Part shown: positions 37,501 through 49,700 of the stretch, piece by piece | Position numbering within the stretch: the first letter of the stretch is position 1 | How the letters are laid out: each line of letters starts with the position of its first letter | NCBI RefSeq assembly: GCF_001194135.2 | Contig: NC_068982.1 | Coordinates: 161,852,383 to 161,916,382 of the forward strand | DNA: 64,000 bases | Origin: Octopus bimaculoides | Taxonomy: Eukaryota | Direction of reading: 5' to 3' | The notes under the pieces: model-generated | The model's input: the letters and a program-made list of their open reading frames with translations, nothing else | Told to the model about the DNA's origin: nothing | Database searches by the model: none | Position numbers and translations under genes: made by a program

Positions 37501-40500
37501 AGAGGCAATGTCCGAGACCATTGGCATTATCTTGTGCTTGAGAAGAAGACGCATCAAGCCAAGTAAAATCGCAGTCGTAGCAGATACTGGTGTTATGCAA
37601 ATGGCACCTGTGCTGGTGGTTACGTAAAAGTACCTTTTGAGCATTGGGCCTCTTGGAGTCAAGGACCAAGAGCATTTGACATTATGCCGGGCTTCAAGTG
37701 TTGGGCCTCATGGAGGCAATGACCAAGTCCATTTAGCATTATGCCATGCTTGAGAAGAGGACCCATCAAGCCAAGTAAAACCATAGTCGTGGCAGATACC
37801 AGTATGCAAATGGTATGTAAAAGCACCCATTACACTCTCAGAGTGGTTTGTGTTAGGAAGGGCATCCAGCCATAGAAACCATGCCAAAACAGACTGTCTG
37901 GTGCATCCTTCCAGCTTGCCAGTCCTGGTCAAACCATCTAACCCATGCCAGCATGAACAATGGACATTAAATGATGATGATGATGATCTAGTGTATAATT
38001 CTCTGATTTTGCCCACTTCTTTTATTTTGTTGCTAAATGTCTCTTGTATAGTTTCCTCAATCAACAGCAGTTGTGTATTGAAAATGTCTGTGTTCAAGAC
38101 ATCTTGGTTCCAACTTCCTTTTCTGTTTAAATATAGCAAAAATATAAAGAATAAACTTAAAATATCTCAAATCCTGTTGACTCTCTTTTAAAAGGAAAGA
38201 CATTCATTAGTGTAGTTGTAAATGTACAAAATGATAGAATCATCATAGTAGAAATAACTTCGATCATAAGTCTATTCAATTAGGTTTGATTTTGGACTAA
38301 ATAACATTGTCCAATTTATCTTTATATTTTTAAAGATGGTTGTATGTGATTTGAGTGATAATTGATGGCTATTTGTACCTTGTTGGTTCTACATTATTGG
38401 CCAGATCCCCAACACACACAGTTTTGTTTATGTGCAATGGGATTCAAAATTATTAGAAATAATAATCAGAGAATTGTGATAATAACAGACCAATATTTAA
38501 TTCTGTGCTGGCTGTAATTGTTACTTTTAATTCAGCTTTGTGTTTCAACTTAGAATCTGATATTTAAATGGTGGGAAGCTAAGGTTATAAGTCGATAGAT
38601 CTGATTCTCATACATTTGATTCATTTGGATATCATGCACTTTAGATTTAAAAGTGATTTGTTCTAATTAAAATTTTGTATGTAAAGATATGGTTAAAATA
38701 TTTTTGCTTAAATGTAGGAAATTTGAAATACATGAAAACATTCTTAATATATTATATTTTCTTCTCATTCTTGTTTGTCAGATGTTTGAATGGATTTCTC
38801 ATAACAGAGACATGTTCCTAATAAATTACACAGAAATTGGCCCAACCCATCAAATGGCATTGGATTTAGACCAAGAACATAACCAATTTGCTGCCAGTGC
38901 AATGGTAAGTTAATTAGCCTGTTCTGTGCAGTATCATATATGTTATTATTCTTTATGCTTTCCATGTGTTACTCAGGAAATAGCTTCAGTCTTCCAATCA
39001 TCCCTATCATTTTAGGCTGCTTTCTTAAGAAATTATTTTTAAAGTTTTCAGAAAATACTTTTAAACAATACATTAATGAGTTTACAAGATTTAAATACAT
39101 TTATGATATATTTCAACCAAAGATTTAGAATATTGGTTTCAAATTTTGACACGAGGCCAGAAATTGTGGGGGAGGGTACAAATATATTACATTGACCCCA
39201 GTGCTCAACTGGTATTTATTTCATTGACTCTGAAAGAATGGAAAACAAAGTCAACATCAGCATAATTTGAAAAACATTTGGAATATTGAAATATTTTAAT
39301 ATATTTATATTACAACATTGTGCAAAAACATTGAGGTTATTATAATATTTTAATGCATACAGGTACAATGATATTTTAATACATATATTTTGCCATTTCA
39401 GTTATGATATAACAATATTTTCATAATAAATTTTTGATATTAGAATATTTTGACAATACTGTCAATGTATAACAGGAATACATTTACGATATTACAATAT
39501 ATGAACAATAATAATTTAACGTCTAACTCGAAATGTTTTTATATAAACTGTGAAGTGAGGTTCAGATCTTACTGCTGTCATCGTTTTTGCATATCTAAAC
39601 AAAGCACATTACATTACTTGCTTGAATAATGTTCACAAAAGTCAATAAGTTTATATTCTGCCAAGAGAAAATTTTAACCTGTTGAAGAATCCTGTCTGAA
39701 ACATGGCAATTCTCCTTTCTCCTTAGGTTACATACTTATTCTATTTTGTAAGCTTATTGAACAAATTTTTGTCAATACAGATACCCTCAGTGATGTCATG
39801 AGACTCTTCATTAGGTGTTTTACTTTGACATTATCTTATGTAACTCTATAAACCTTAAAACCTGATACATCCACGCTGTTTCAAATAAAGAGGAAAACTA
39901 CCTGGTGCTTTATTTTCTGCTTATTCCAGTTTGTTTGAGCCAAACAAACTTCTTCCTTGTTGAGTAGTTAGCAGTAAGGACATTGCTCAGCTGAAGAAAT
40001 AACTGATCCAACAGACAAACAAATCTACAAGATTTTAAGTAAATGTTAAGTGCAAGAAATAAATAGAAAAAAGTAATAAATAATTTATCAAACTATTTTT
40101 AGGGTGAGACAAGTTATTGAACCATTCTTAATACTCAGTTGGTACTCATTTTATTAGCTCCAGATGGAAGAAAAACCAAATTGACCCAAACCGAGTTCCA
40201 TGTTTTCAGATAATGCCAATAGCTAATACACTGAACATTGCTTATTGGCTCTACTTATATGAATCTACAGAACTTTGTCATTTTACCATATCTTAAACCC
40301 CTGTCTTCTTCCCTACTAACTCTTTATCTCTGATTATTAAATTCTTTAAACTCCTTTGTTGATGGCACAGTTCTCTTTACCTGACACCTATCAATCTGTT
40401 TTACGTGGTAGACTTGTTCATTATTAATAGTGAAGGAAACACTAATCCAGTTAATACAGCAAGCATGATAACTTTATTAATCTTATTGAAATGGCATTAA

Positions 40501-40705
40501 GTGTGCCTAAATAGTTCCCACCATAAAGTACTGATCTTATTGCTTACTTTTCAGATTATATTTAGAAGAAAGCTTTTCCTCTAAATAAGGATACCTTTCT
40601 TATTAATAGCTTTAAGTTTCTGTTCTTGTCTTTCTCTGCAATTCCCCTTCTATAGTTATACTATTCCACCAAAGTGGTCAGATGTTTTGCCATCTCTATA
40701 TTTTT

Positions 40706-40759
<54 letters not shown>

Positions 40760-43700
40760 NNNNNNNNNNNNNNNNNNNNNNNNNNNNNNNNNNNNNNNNN
40801 NNNNNNNNNNNNNNNNNNNNNNNNNNNNNNNNNNNNNNNNNNNNNNNNNNNNNNNNNNNNNNNNNNNNNNNNNNNNNNNNNNNNNNNNNNNNNNNNNNNN
40901 NNNNNNNNNNNNNNNNNNNNNNNNNNNNNNNNNNNNNNNNNNNNNNNNNNNNNNNNNNNNNNNNNNNNNNNNNNNNNNNNNNNNNNNNNNNNNNNNNNNN
41001 NNNNNNNNNNNNNNNNNNNNNNNNNNNNNNNNNNNNNNNNNNNNNNNNNNNNNNNNNNNNNNNNNNNNNNNNNNNNNNNNNNNNNNNNNNNNNNNNNNNN
41101 NNNNNNNNNNNNNNNNNNNNNNNNNNNNNNNNNNCCCCCTCTCTCTCTCTCTCCATTATTTCAGTGTTAACCACACTTTTATACATTATTGCAGCCGTCA
41201 TCTTATCAACTATGACTAAAATAGTGGTTTCTAACATAGACACAAAACTAGAAATTTGGTGGTTGGTGGGGAACATGCAATTCTCTCAACTCCACTATTT
41301 GACTGATATTTTATTTAATGAAGCCTAGATGATGAAAGGTAAAGTTGCCCTCAGGATTTGAATTCAAAATATAAAAACCCATAGCTAAATACTCTTAGTT
41401 ATTTTGTCTGATGCTCTATTGACTTTTGCACTCTTTCCTTCTCCAATAATAAATAAGAAGAATAATCTTACTACAGACAGAAGGCCTAAAATTTTGGGAA
41501 TGAGGAGTTTATTTGATTACATTTGCTCCCAGTGCTCAACTAGTTCTATTTTATGAACTCTGAAAGGGTGGAAAGCAAAGTTGACCTCAGAGGCATTTGA
41601 ATTCAGAATGAAAACCTGAAGAAATGCTGCTAAGTATTTTGTTTGATACAGTAACAATTCTGTCAGCTCTCCATCTTAATAATAAGATAATAATAATTAA
41701 TAATAATAATAATCCTTTCTATTATAAGCAAAAAGCTTGAAATTTGTGGGGAGCGGGATAGTAAACTGCATCAACCTCTGTGCTTGATTGGTACATTTTT
41801 CATTGTCTCTAGAAAGATGAAAGACAAAGTTGACCATAGCAAGATTTGAATTCAGAACATAAAGATGGGCAAAATGCCACTAAGCATTTACTCTGGCATG
41901 ATAACATTTCTGCCAGCCCACTGCCTCAATAATAATAANNNNNNNNNNNNNNNNNNNNNNNNNNNNNNNNNNNNNNNNNNNNNNNNNNNNNNNNNNNNNN
42001 NNNNNNNNNNNNNNNNNNNNNNNNNNNNNNNNNNNNNNAAGATATAGACAAATGGCTGAAGGAGATTGAAATAGAATGCCTGGTAGAGTTCATACAGAAA
42101 GTTTTTATCTTAGGGACATCAAGGATTATCAGGAAGATTCTAAGCATTTGAAAGACTACTGAAAACTTGTGGATACCTAAGGTTACAGGTAATAAACCCA
42201 CTGTCTACATAATTCCTACCAGGAATAAGACTGAACCTGAGCCAAACTATAATAATAATAATATTTGGTGTAAAAGATGGGCTACAGCAACTGTTCTGCT
42301 CAATACCACAGATTTGCTTGTCAGTTGCTTGACCCTTACCAGTTGAGCATGTCCATTAGTGGTTGACGATATGTGCATCCCTGATCACTAGCAGAAGTAG
42401 TAGGGGAGCATCATAACCACGTGTTGAGAGGAATTCTTTGAGGTTTGAATAATTCACCTCTGGAAACATAGGCATTTCATTCGACATCCTTAAACAAGCC
42501 TTATTCAGGGATCTTTTGAGCAAGCTGGGCTACTCCACCTGAAGAAAATACTAACTGGTCCTCACCTGCAAAATCATGCACTGTTTATCTCGATATGAGA
42601 TCACCATATTGTGCACATATGGATGTGATTCATGTGCCTGGTGTACTCTTACCAGATGAGTAGTCATGACGGGTATATTGGGTTTTATATATTTTACCTC
42701 AGTGTCATTTTGATGGCATGCACTGCTCTCTCACTCAATAATAATGATAATAATAACATTAATAATGATGATGGTGATTCCCAACATTGCTGTTATGGCA
42801 TTTTTCTAGAAGTGAAATGTATTAAATCAAACCCATTAGTTATTGATACTGTTTATCCAGAAATTTTGTTTTGGCAGGATTGGAACTCAAATGTAAAGGG
42901 ACATAACTACATACTACAAGACTTCTAACTTTTTAAGAATTCTACTAGTCATGACTACTTAGCATCATCATCATCATTTTATGTCCACTTTCTCATGCTT
43001 GCTTGGATTGATTGTCTTCTATAGCACAGTGTCTCATTATTTGTTGCAGATCTTTGTGAACTTTAGCCTCTTAAGATCAGCTTTTATCACTTTTGTGCAT
43101 TCCTTGGTCTTCCTCACTTGCATTATCCTTTCCTGTGGAACAGGGTATGCTTACTTCAATTCTTTCCAACTTTTGTATTTAGTTCCCATGGTTCAATCAT
43201 GCAATATGATACTTTACTCACAAGCATTAAAGAATTCATTTGTTGTTCCTTTGAAGTTTTCCAGTGCTTTGATAACAATCACCTCCCTTCTTAATTAGGT
43301 CCCCTAGATGCCAGAAGCTATCACCCTCTAGGAAAACTTCCAAGTATTTGGAAAAAATATTATTTTATATTTGCTGCTACTTCTAATTTAACCCTGTGCA
43401 TTTGTTATATTTGAAAGATTTTTGTTTGATCCCACTTCTCTTCTGCATCCATAGTTTACATAGAGTACACTGTATTGCATTCTTAGAATTTTTGTCTTTA
43501 CTAAGTTTACTTTGCTAGGCTTACTTGGTTCTTGAATTTGCTGCTAAGTTTAGAATTTCTTCTCTAATTACTTGATAGATTTAGCTATGAGAACTAAGTC
43601 ATTGGTATTATCAGCACTCAGAAGTTTCCAATGTCAGCCAGTTTCAAATTCCTCGATAAGGGCCTGATGAACCAAAATAAACAGGAGAGGAAGGGAGCTG

Positions 43701-46700
43701 AGAATTGAGCTCTGATGGCCTTTACAAAACTAGTTGTTAATGGAATTTCTGTACATGACTTACAGAGCTTGTACAGCTCTCATAAGTCATTCATCTACAG
43801 TTTTTTTCTCTTAAGCAATTAACAGACTTCAGAGTATAGTGCCCTGCCTAAAGCCTTCTCCATTTGATGAACGCTAGTTGTCTCACTTGTGAGAAGGCAT
43901 TGATAATATTCCATCCTGGTACAAATATGAACTGTTTCATCCAGACTAATTCACTTCCTAATCAGTTGTGCTATCACTCTTTCATTTACATTCACAACCT
44001 GGTATCATGCCTCTGCAGTTGTTTCTTGCTTGAGCAATTCTGTTTCCCTTGTAGTAGTTAATAATGATATTGCTACACCTATCTTTGAGAATGATCCCTA
44101 CCTGTACTGTGCAAGTGATTAGAGCATCCTCTATTTCACCAGATATTTTCAGTATCTCAGTAAATATCTTCAATGATTCATCTACTTTCCCTGCCTTCAT
44201 ATCCTTAATTGCACCTTTGATCATAAAGTTGTTAAAGTCAGTTGTTAGTCTATCTGTTTGGTCTACTTGTTATAGACCCACTCTCCCAACTCTCTTTATG
44301 CAGCAAATTCTATTAGCCAAATTTCCATGGCTATTTCTTGCTCAGTCAGTGAAGGCAGGTTTGCTTCTATCATTCCATACAAGCTTTTTTCCCAACATTT
44401 TAATTTGCACTGGTACACTGCTTTATAATCTGGAATACTTTTGGTGAATCTCTTACTTTCAGCTTCTCCTCTCCTTGTTACATGCATGTGATGTCGATCT
44501 TTTCTTCTAAGTGTGATATTGATCTTTACTTCATACCTTCTTTGGATCTTCCCAGGCCTACCTTTTATTTTTTTATGGGTTTATCTGTGTTATGCCAGTT
44601 TACCACCATGTCACTTTCCCTCAAGGTTGAACCTTACTTCACCCATAGATGTGGTCTGTAATTTGCAGCAAGTTATTTCCTTAACTTGCAACTCCATAAT
44701 GCACATCTTCAGTACCTTGTTACTGAAAGCATTAAATGCTCAAAAGCTACTTGCTTGAACTTGGAGTGTGTCTTCATCATGCAGCTATTTCATCAATGAA
44801 TATTTGCTATGAATAACTATGATGTTATTTTGTTTTTTTGTATTGGTTTTTCTGTCTCTCATTATCTTGCCACTAACATACTTTGAAAGATCTGTAGTTA
44901 TCTCTGTACTTTCAAGTAATAATTTGAATCTACTTAACTTTCATTGTAGATCTTAAAACAGTTTTAAAAATGAAAAATAAAATCATCTAAAAACATTCAG
45001 TTATAATTCTAATTCTAAAAATTACAAAATTGATTGAAACAAACATATAAATTGTAAATTTATGTTTGCTATAAACTCAATATAAATGGTAAATTACATC
45101 ATAAGGAGTAACTTAGAAGGAACTTGAAATGTGATAAGAGAGGGAATTCAAGTCATGTTGTCAGGCCTATTCTCTTTTGTTTCAAGTTGGTGCTTATAAT
45201 GTTATTGATGAAATATAAAATTGCTATTTTTTTTATATATATATATTTTAACGAGATCATAAATACACTTTAGGTTTTTAATTGTTTCTGTTAGATTTTA
45301 CTTGACGATGAATTTACATCATTAAAAATAAAATGAAAATTCATTTAAATTCAGCAAAATATCAAAGTGGCTTTTGAGCTTCTTGTGAAATTTTCATATA
45401 TTTCTAATAGGTTTTTAGATTTTGTTTTATAATCAAATGTTATTACTCATAAATTCATGGTGCTTCCTCATGATAAACTAATTAAATTAGAAATTGGAGG
45501 TGATATTTGTAAGCTTACGCTCAGTGATTTGTGACAGAAATAGAAGGGAAGAAATCTCTGTAAAGGTTGTATAATGTATTCAAAACCAATTGAAATTAAA
45601 TTGCTTTGCTTTTATTTTTGTTGTTGCCCATTGCTGGGAAGGTTGTTGGGGTAGAGTCTTCAGGCACCTCATCTATAGGGTCCTGTCAGAAGCAACTGTC
45701 ATAAGACTTTCTGGCTGGATTCCTAGTTGTGACCAACTGAGACTAGGGATATTATCCAACTATCTCATTCTTGGTCTGCTCCTAGGCCTCCTGCCAGTTG
45801 GCTCAGCTTGAAGAATCTGTCTTTACTAAGTGTACTAAGTCTTGCAATTCTTTCCTGAAACATTCTGATTACATGTCCATAACACCTGAACTGTGGCCTC
45901 TCAGTGTAGAGAAGTAGCAGCTTGACCTAAAGAGTCTTCCTGATCTCCAAGTTTTGCATCCTGTCAAATAATGTTACTCCAGAGATCTTTTGGAAGAACC
46001 CCATTTTGGCCATTTGTAGTCATGATTATACCCTTTCAGTCATTACTCAACATTCATGACCATAGGTGAGGATTGGTGTGAAAGCCAAATTGAAGAGAGC
46101 AAGTTAGGCTTTTTTCACTAACCCCTCCTCTTTTAAGGATTTAGGGTAAATCCAGCTGAAATGGAGCTGTAATATTATATTGTATAAATATTAATATACA
46201 CACTATATTTACGAATATATACAAGTGCTTGTTTTTCTTCTTGACTTTTGGACTCTCAGCTGATTAATAACAGTAACTAGAACAACAGCTGCAATAAAAA
46301 CCCATTCAGTGTTGACCACTATCTACACTGACCACATCTCTCTGTCCTTTTTCTACCACTGTTGCTTCAGCTACTACTACTACTACAATTACTGCTACTG
46401 CTGTTACTATTATTACTACTACTACTACTACTACAATTACTGCTACTGCTGTTACTATTATTCCTACTACTTCTCTGTTCAGGCTACTGCTGCTACTACT
46501 GCTACTTCTGCCATCATTGCTACTACTATGGTCTCAGTTGCTGTTATTTTTTTCTTCTTTTTCTATTGTTCTTCCTGATACCAGTCCCCACTTATATAAC
46601 ATAGAAGGTCCCCTCTCTGTATATCCTGCTTCAACACCACCATCTGGCCCTTGCATGCATTCAGACCAGGCCTCCAGCGTTGGGTTGTCTATGACAAACC

Positions 46701-49700
46701 CCTGTACTATGATGTGCCAAAATATATATTTGCCCTTGCCAATTACCCCCTCTTCTAAATCTAAGGACTTTTTTTTACAGTACAGCTCCCACACTTCACC
46801 ACTTACATGCAAACCATGTATCCCATTTCTCTCTGAAACACAAATTCTGCCTCTGTCTACAATCTATCCCTGCTGTCCAGGATACTCTGTCTGTTTGAAG
46901 TTTGCTCCAAAAGGTGGCATCACCTGAATCTCTGCAATAACAACTTCCAGTTACTCTGGCTCAGAGTATCTTTCCCCTCTTTCTCTCAAATACATCTGCT
47001 TCCTCTCTCACTCTCTGAACTCTTGAAACTACTTGCTTTTAAACCAAAGGGTAGGGTGTATCCATTAGTGATTGAATGCCAGTCAGTCAAGTGGCTCTTC
47101 TTTGGATACTGTCCAGTATGTCAGTGCGTGTAGCAACAACACTGTCCTAGTTGTGGGAACAGTACTCCATCATGGGCCTCACTTGAGCCCCGTAGAGTGT
47201 CAGTAGCTGTTGCAGACTGAAATATTTTCTGGCTCTGAAAAGAATGATCAGTTTTAGGGTTGAGATTCTAACTATGCTAAACATGTGCTTTTGTCAGGAA
47301 AGTAATAGTAAGGTCCAGCCATTACAGCAACTGTGATGGCTCTACTTTAGTGCTGTTTATGTTTAGGAATATGGCATAGTGGTGTTTTGCTCCTATGAGT
47401 GGAGCTTGAATTTTAATTTTTTTTAATGCAGAGACCTCACTGAAGCATGCTCTGACAGTTTTCCTGTTTTTGAAATGAATGCAGCTTTGGTGTGTGGCAT
47501 TAAAGTTGCACTTGGATGATGCATAGTTTGGGGAAAGTTTGCAAGGAATGACAAGTCATGTCTTCTGCATAAGTGTGGGTGTTGTTGGAGGTGGCAGCTA
47601 TTAGATCATTGATGTATAGGAGGAGACAACAGAAAACCCAGAGTAACACTAAAGTTGAATGAAAGTGAAGCAAAAGAAATTTAGTTAACAGATACCATAA
47701 CAATGCATGGCAGATACGCAAAAATTTGCATGTCTGGCATATAAGAAAACTTTGCCAATGTCTAAAGCAATGACACTACTTTTATCAAACTTCTCTAAAC
47801 CAGAAGCACACTAGTGTGTGATATAAGACATAAGACAAAAGGTGGACCTGGCTCCATGGAAGCAGTACTGGTGGTTATTGAGGAGAGAGAGAAATTCAAG
47901 GTGTTGCATATGCCATTGTTAATGGCTTCTACTGTAAAGATTTCAGAAGTGAAAGCAATAAGAAGATAGTTGGTTGGGTCAGAGTGATTACCTTTCTTTG
48001 GAATTGAACACAACAAAGCACACTTCCAAAAGTTAGAATATATCCCCACATCATCATCGTCGTCGTTGTATAGCATTTGCTTTACATGCTGTTAAAGGTT
48101 GGATGGTTTGACTAGGGGCTGGCAAGCCAGAAGGTTGCACCAGGCTGCAATCCAATCTGGCAAAGTTTCTACAGCTGGATGCCCTTCCTAACACCAACCA
48201 CTCCGAGAGTATAGTGGGTGCTTTTTACATGCCACTGGCATGAGGGCCAGTCGGGCAGTATTGGCATCGACCATGCTTGAATGGTGCTTTTGACGCGTCA
48301 CCGACATGGGAGCCAGTCAGGAGGCACTGGCAATGACCACGCTCGAATGGTGCTTTTTATGTGTCACCAGCACGGGACCAGTCAGCCAGAACTGGCATTG
48401 ACCATGCTCAAATGGTGCTTTTTACGTGCCACTGGCATGGGAGCAAGTTAGGCGGCACTGACAATGATCATGCTCGAATGTTGCTTTTTATGTGCCACCG
48501 GCACGGGACCAGTAAGGCGGCACTGACATCTCTCTTGCACACCACATCTGATGCTTCTTATGTCCAACTTTTTTCTCAGGGTACTTACACTCTGTTGTGT
48601 ATGCACACTGACATTACACATCCAGCGAAGCATACTAGCTTCATTCCTTGCAAGCTTACACATGTCCTCAGCAGTCACAACCCCAAAAAATTTATGAGTA
48701 AAGGAACAAGTTCTGGGGTATGCTGTTTGAGTCTAGTGGAAGGGACACTATCAAAGATGGTTGCTTTGAAGCAACTGAAGGTATTTCTGCATTTAGCACA
48801 TGTGTATACAGGTTGGGATGTGGGTGTCTCCTTTCTGTACTTTCTGTTGTTTTTGCAACAACTTCTGTTCCTTGCAGCAGGCTGGTCTCATCCTTCCACC
48901 ACTCAGTTGCCTCAAACCCACTCATATCTCCACTTCTCATCTCTCTTGTGTCTCATACTAACCCTTATACCCAGTCCTTCCTCTCTAGAATATAGTCCAC
49001 CTGAAATCTTCACCCTCTTTTGACTTTCCTGCAGGTGTTGACCTGCCACATTAATGGCATCATGCTCACCTGTCTCAGAAGGCCTGTAAGTGTCATAGGC
49101 ACTGTTCCTTTCGCCAGCCTCAGCAAATAAAAATATAAAATATACATATAGTCACACAAATGCACATCCTTTTAGTCAGAGTACTTAAACATCGTTAATT
49201 CAAACCTTAGAACATTTTAATGTGCTCGTTTTTTCTTTAAAAAGATTTTTCAGAGTAAGATATTAGTTTGTTATGTATATGATGAAACTAATGTAAATAG
49301 TTTATTATTTTACATGTCTTTAATTGAATAGCTTTTAAAAATATTTGTTTAAAGATCATATCACTGCTTATATTTTCATTTTCCCCATCCTTCGTCTGTC
49401 TTTGTACACATTAAGTTTTATATTTATATAATTTTTTTTTAAATTCTTTTTTATTTTCTGGGATGTGCTGTTAAGCTTCAGCAGTAATTTGTAACTAAAT
49501 TCATATTGCACAATTTTATTTCAATTGTTTCAACTCTTTGGCAGGTTTTCTGAGTTATAATTTGCAATCTTTAATATTATTTTTATATCTTCCTTGTGGC
49601 AATTTTCTGAAATTCTTAAGAACATTGTTAGCTTTGTTATTGTATGCTTTACTAAGTTATTAATATTAAATATAACTCGCTTTCATTGTCATAAACTTGT

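Noticed and set aside
46534-46812. Minus ORF superficially like a Gypsy pol segment
   Set aside because: No convincing RT/RNaseH motif; the plus strand fits a LINE endonuclease relic better
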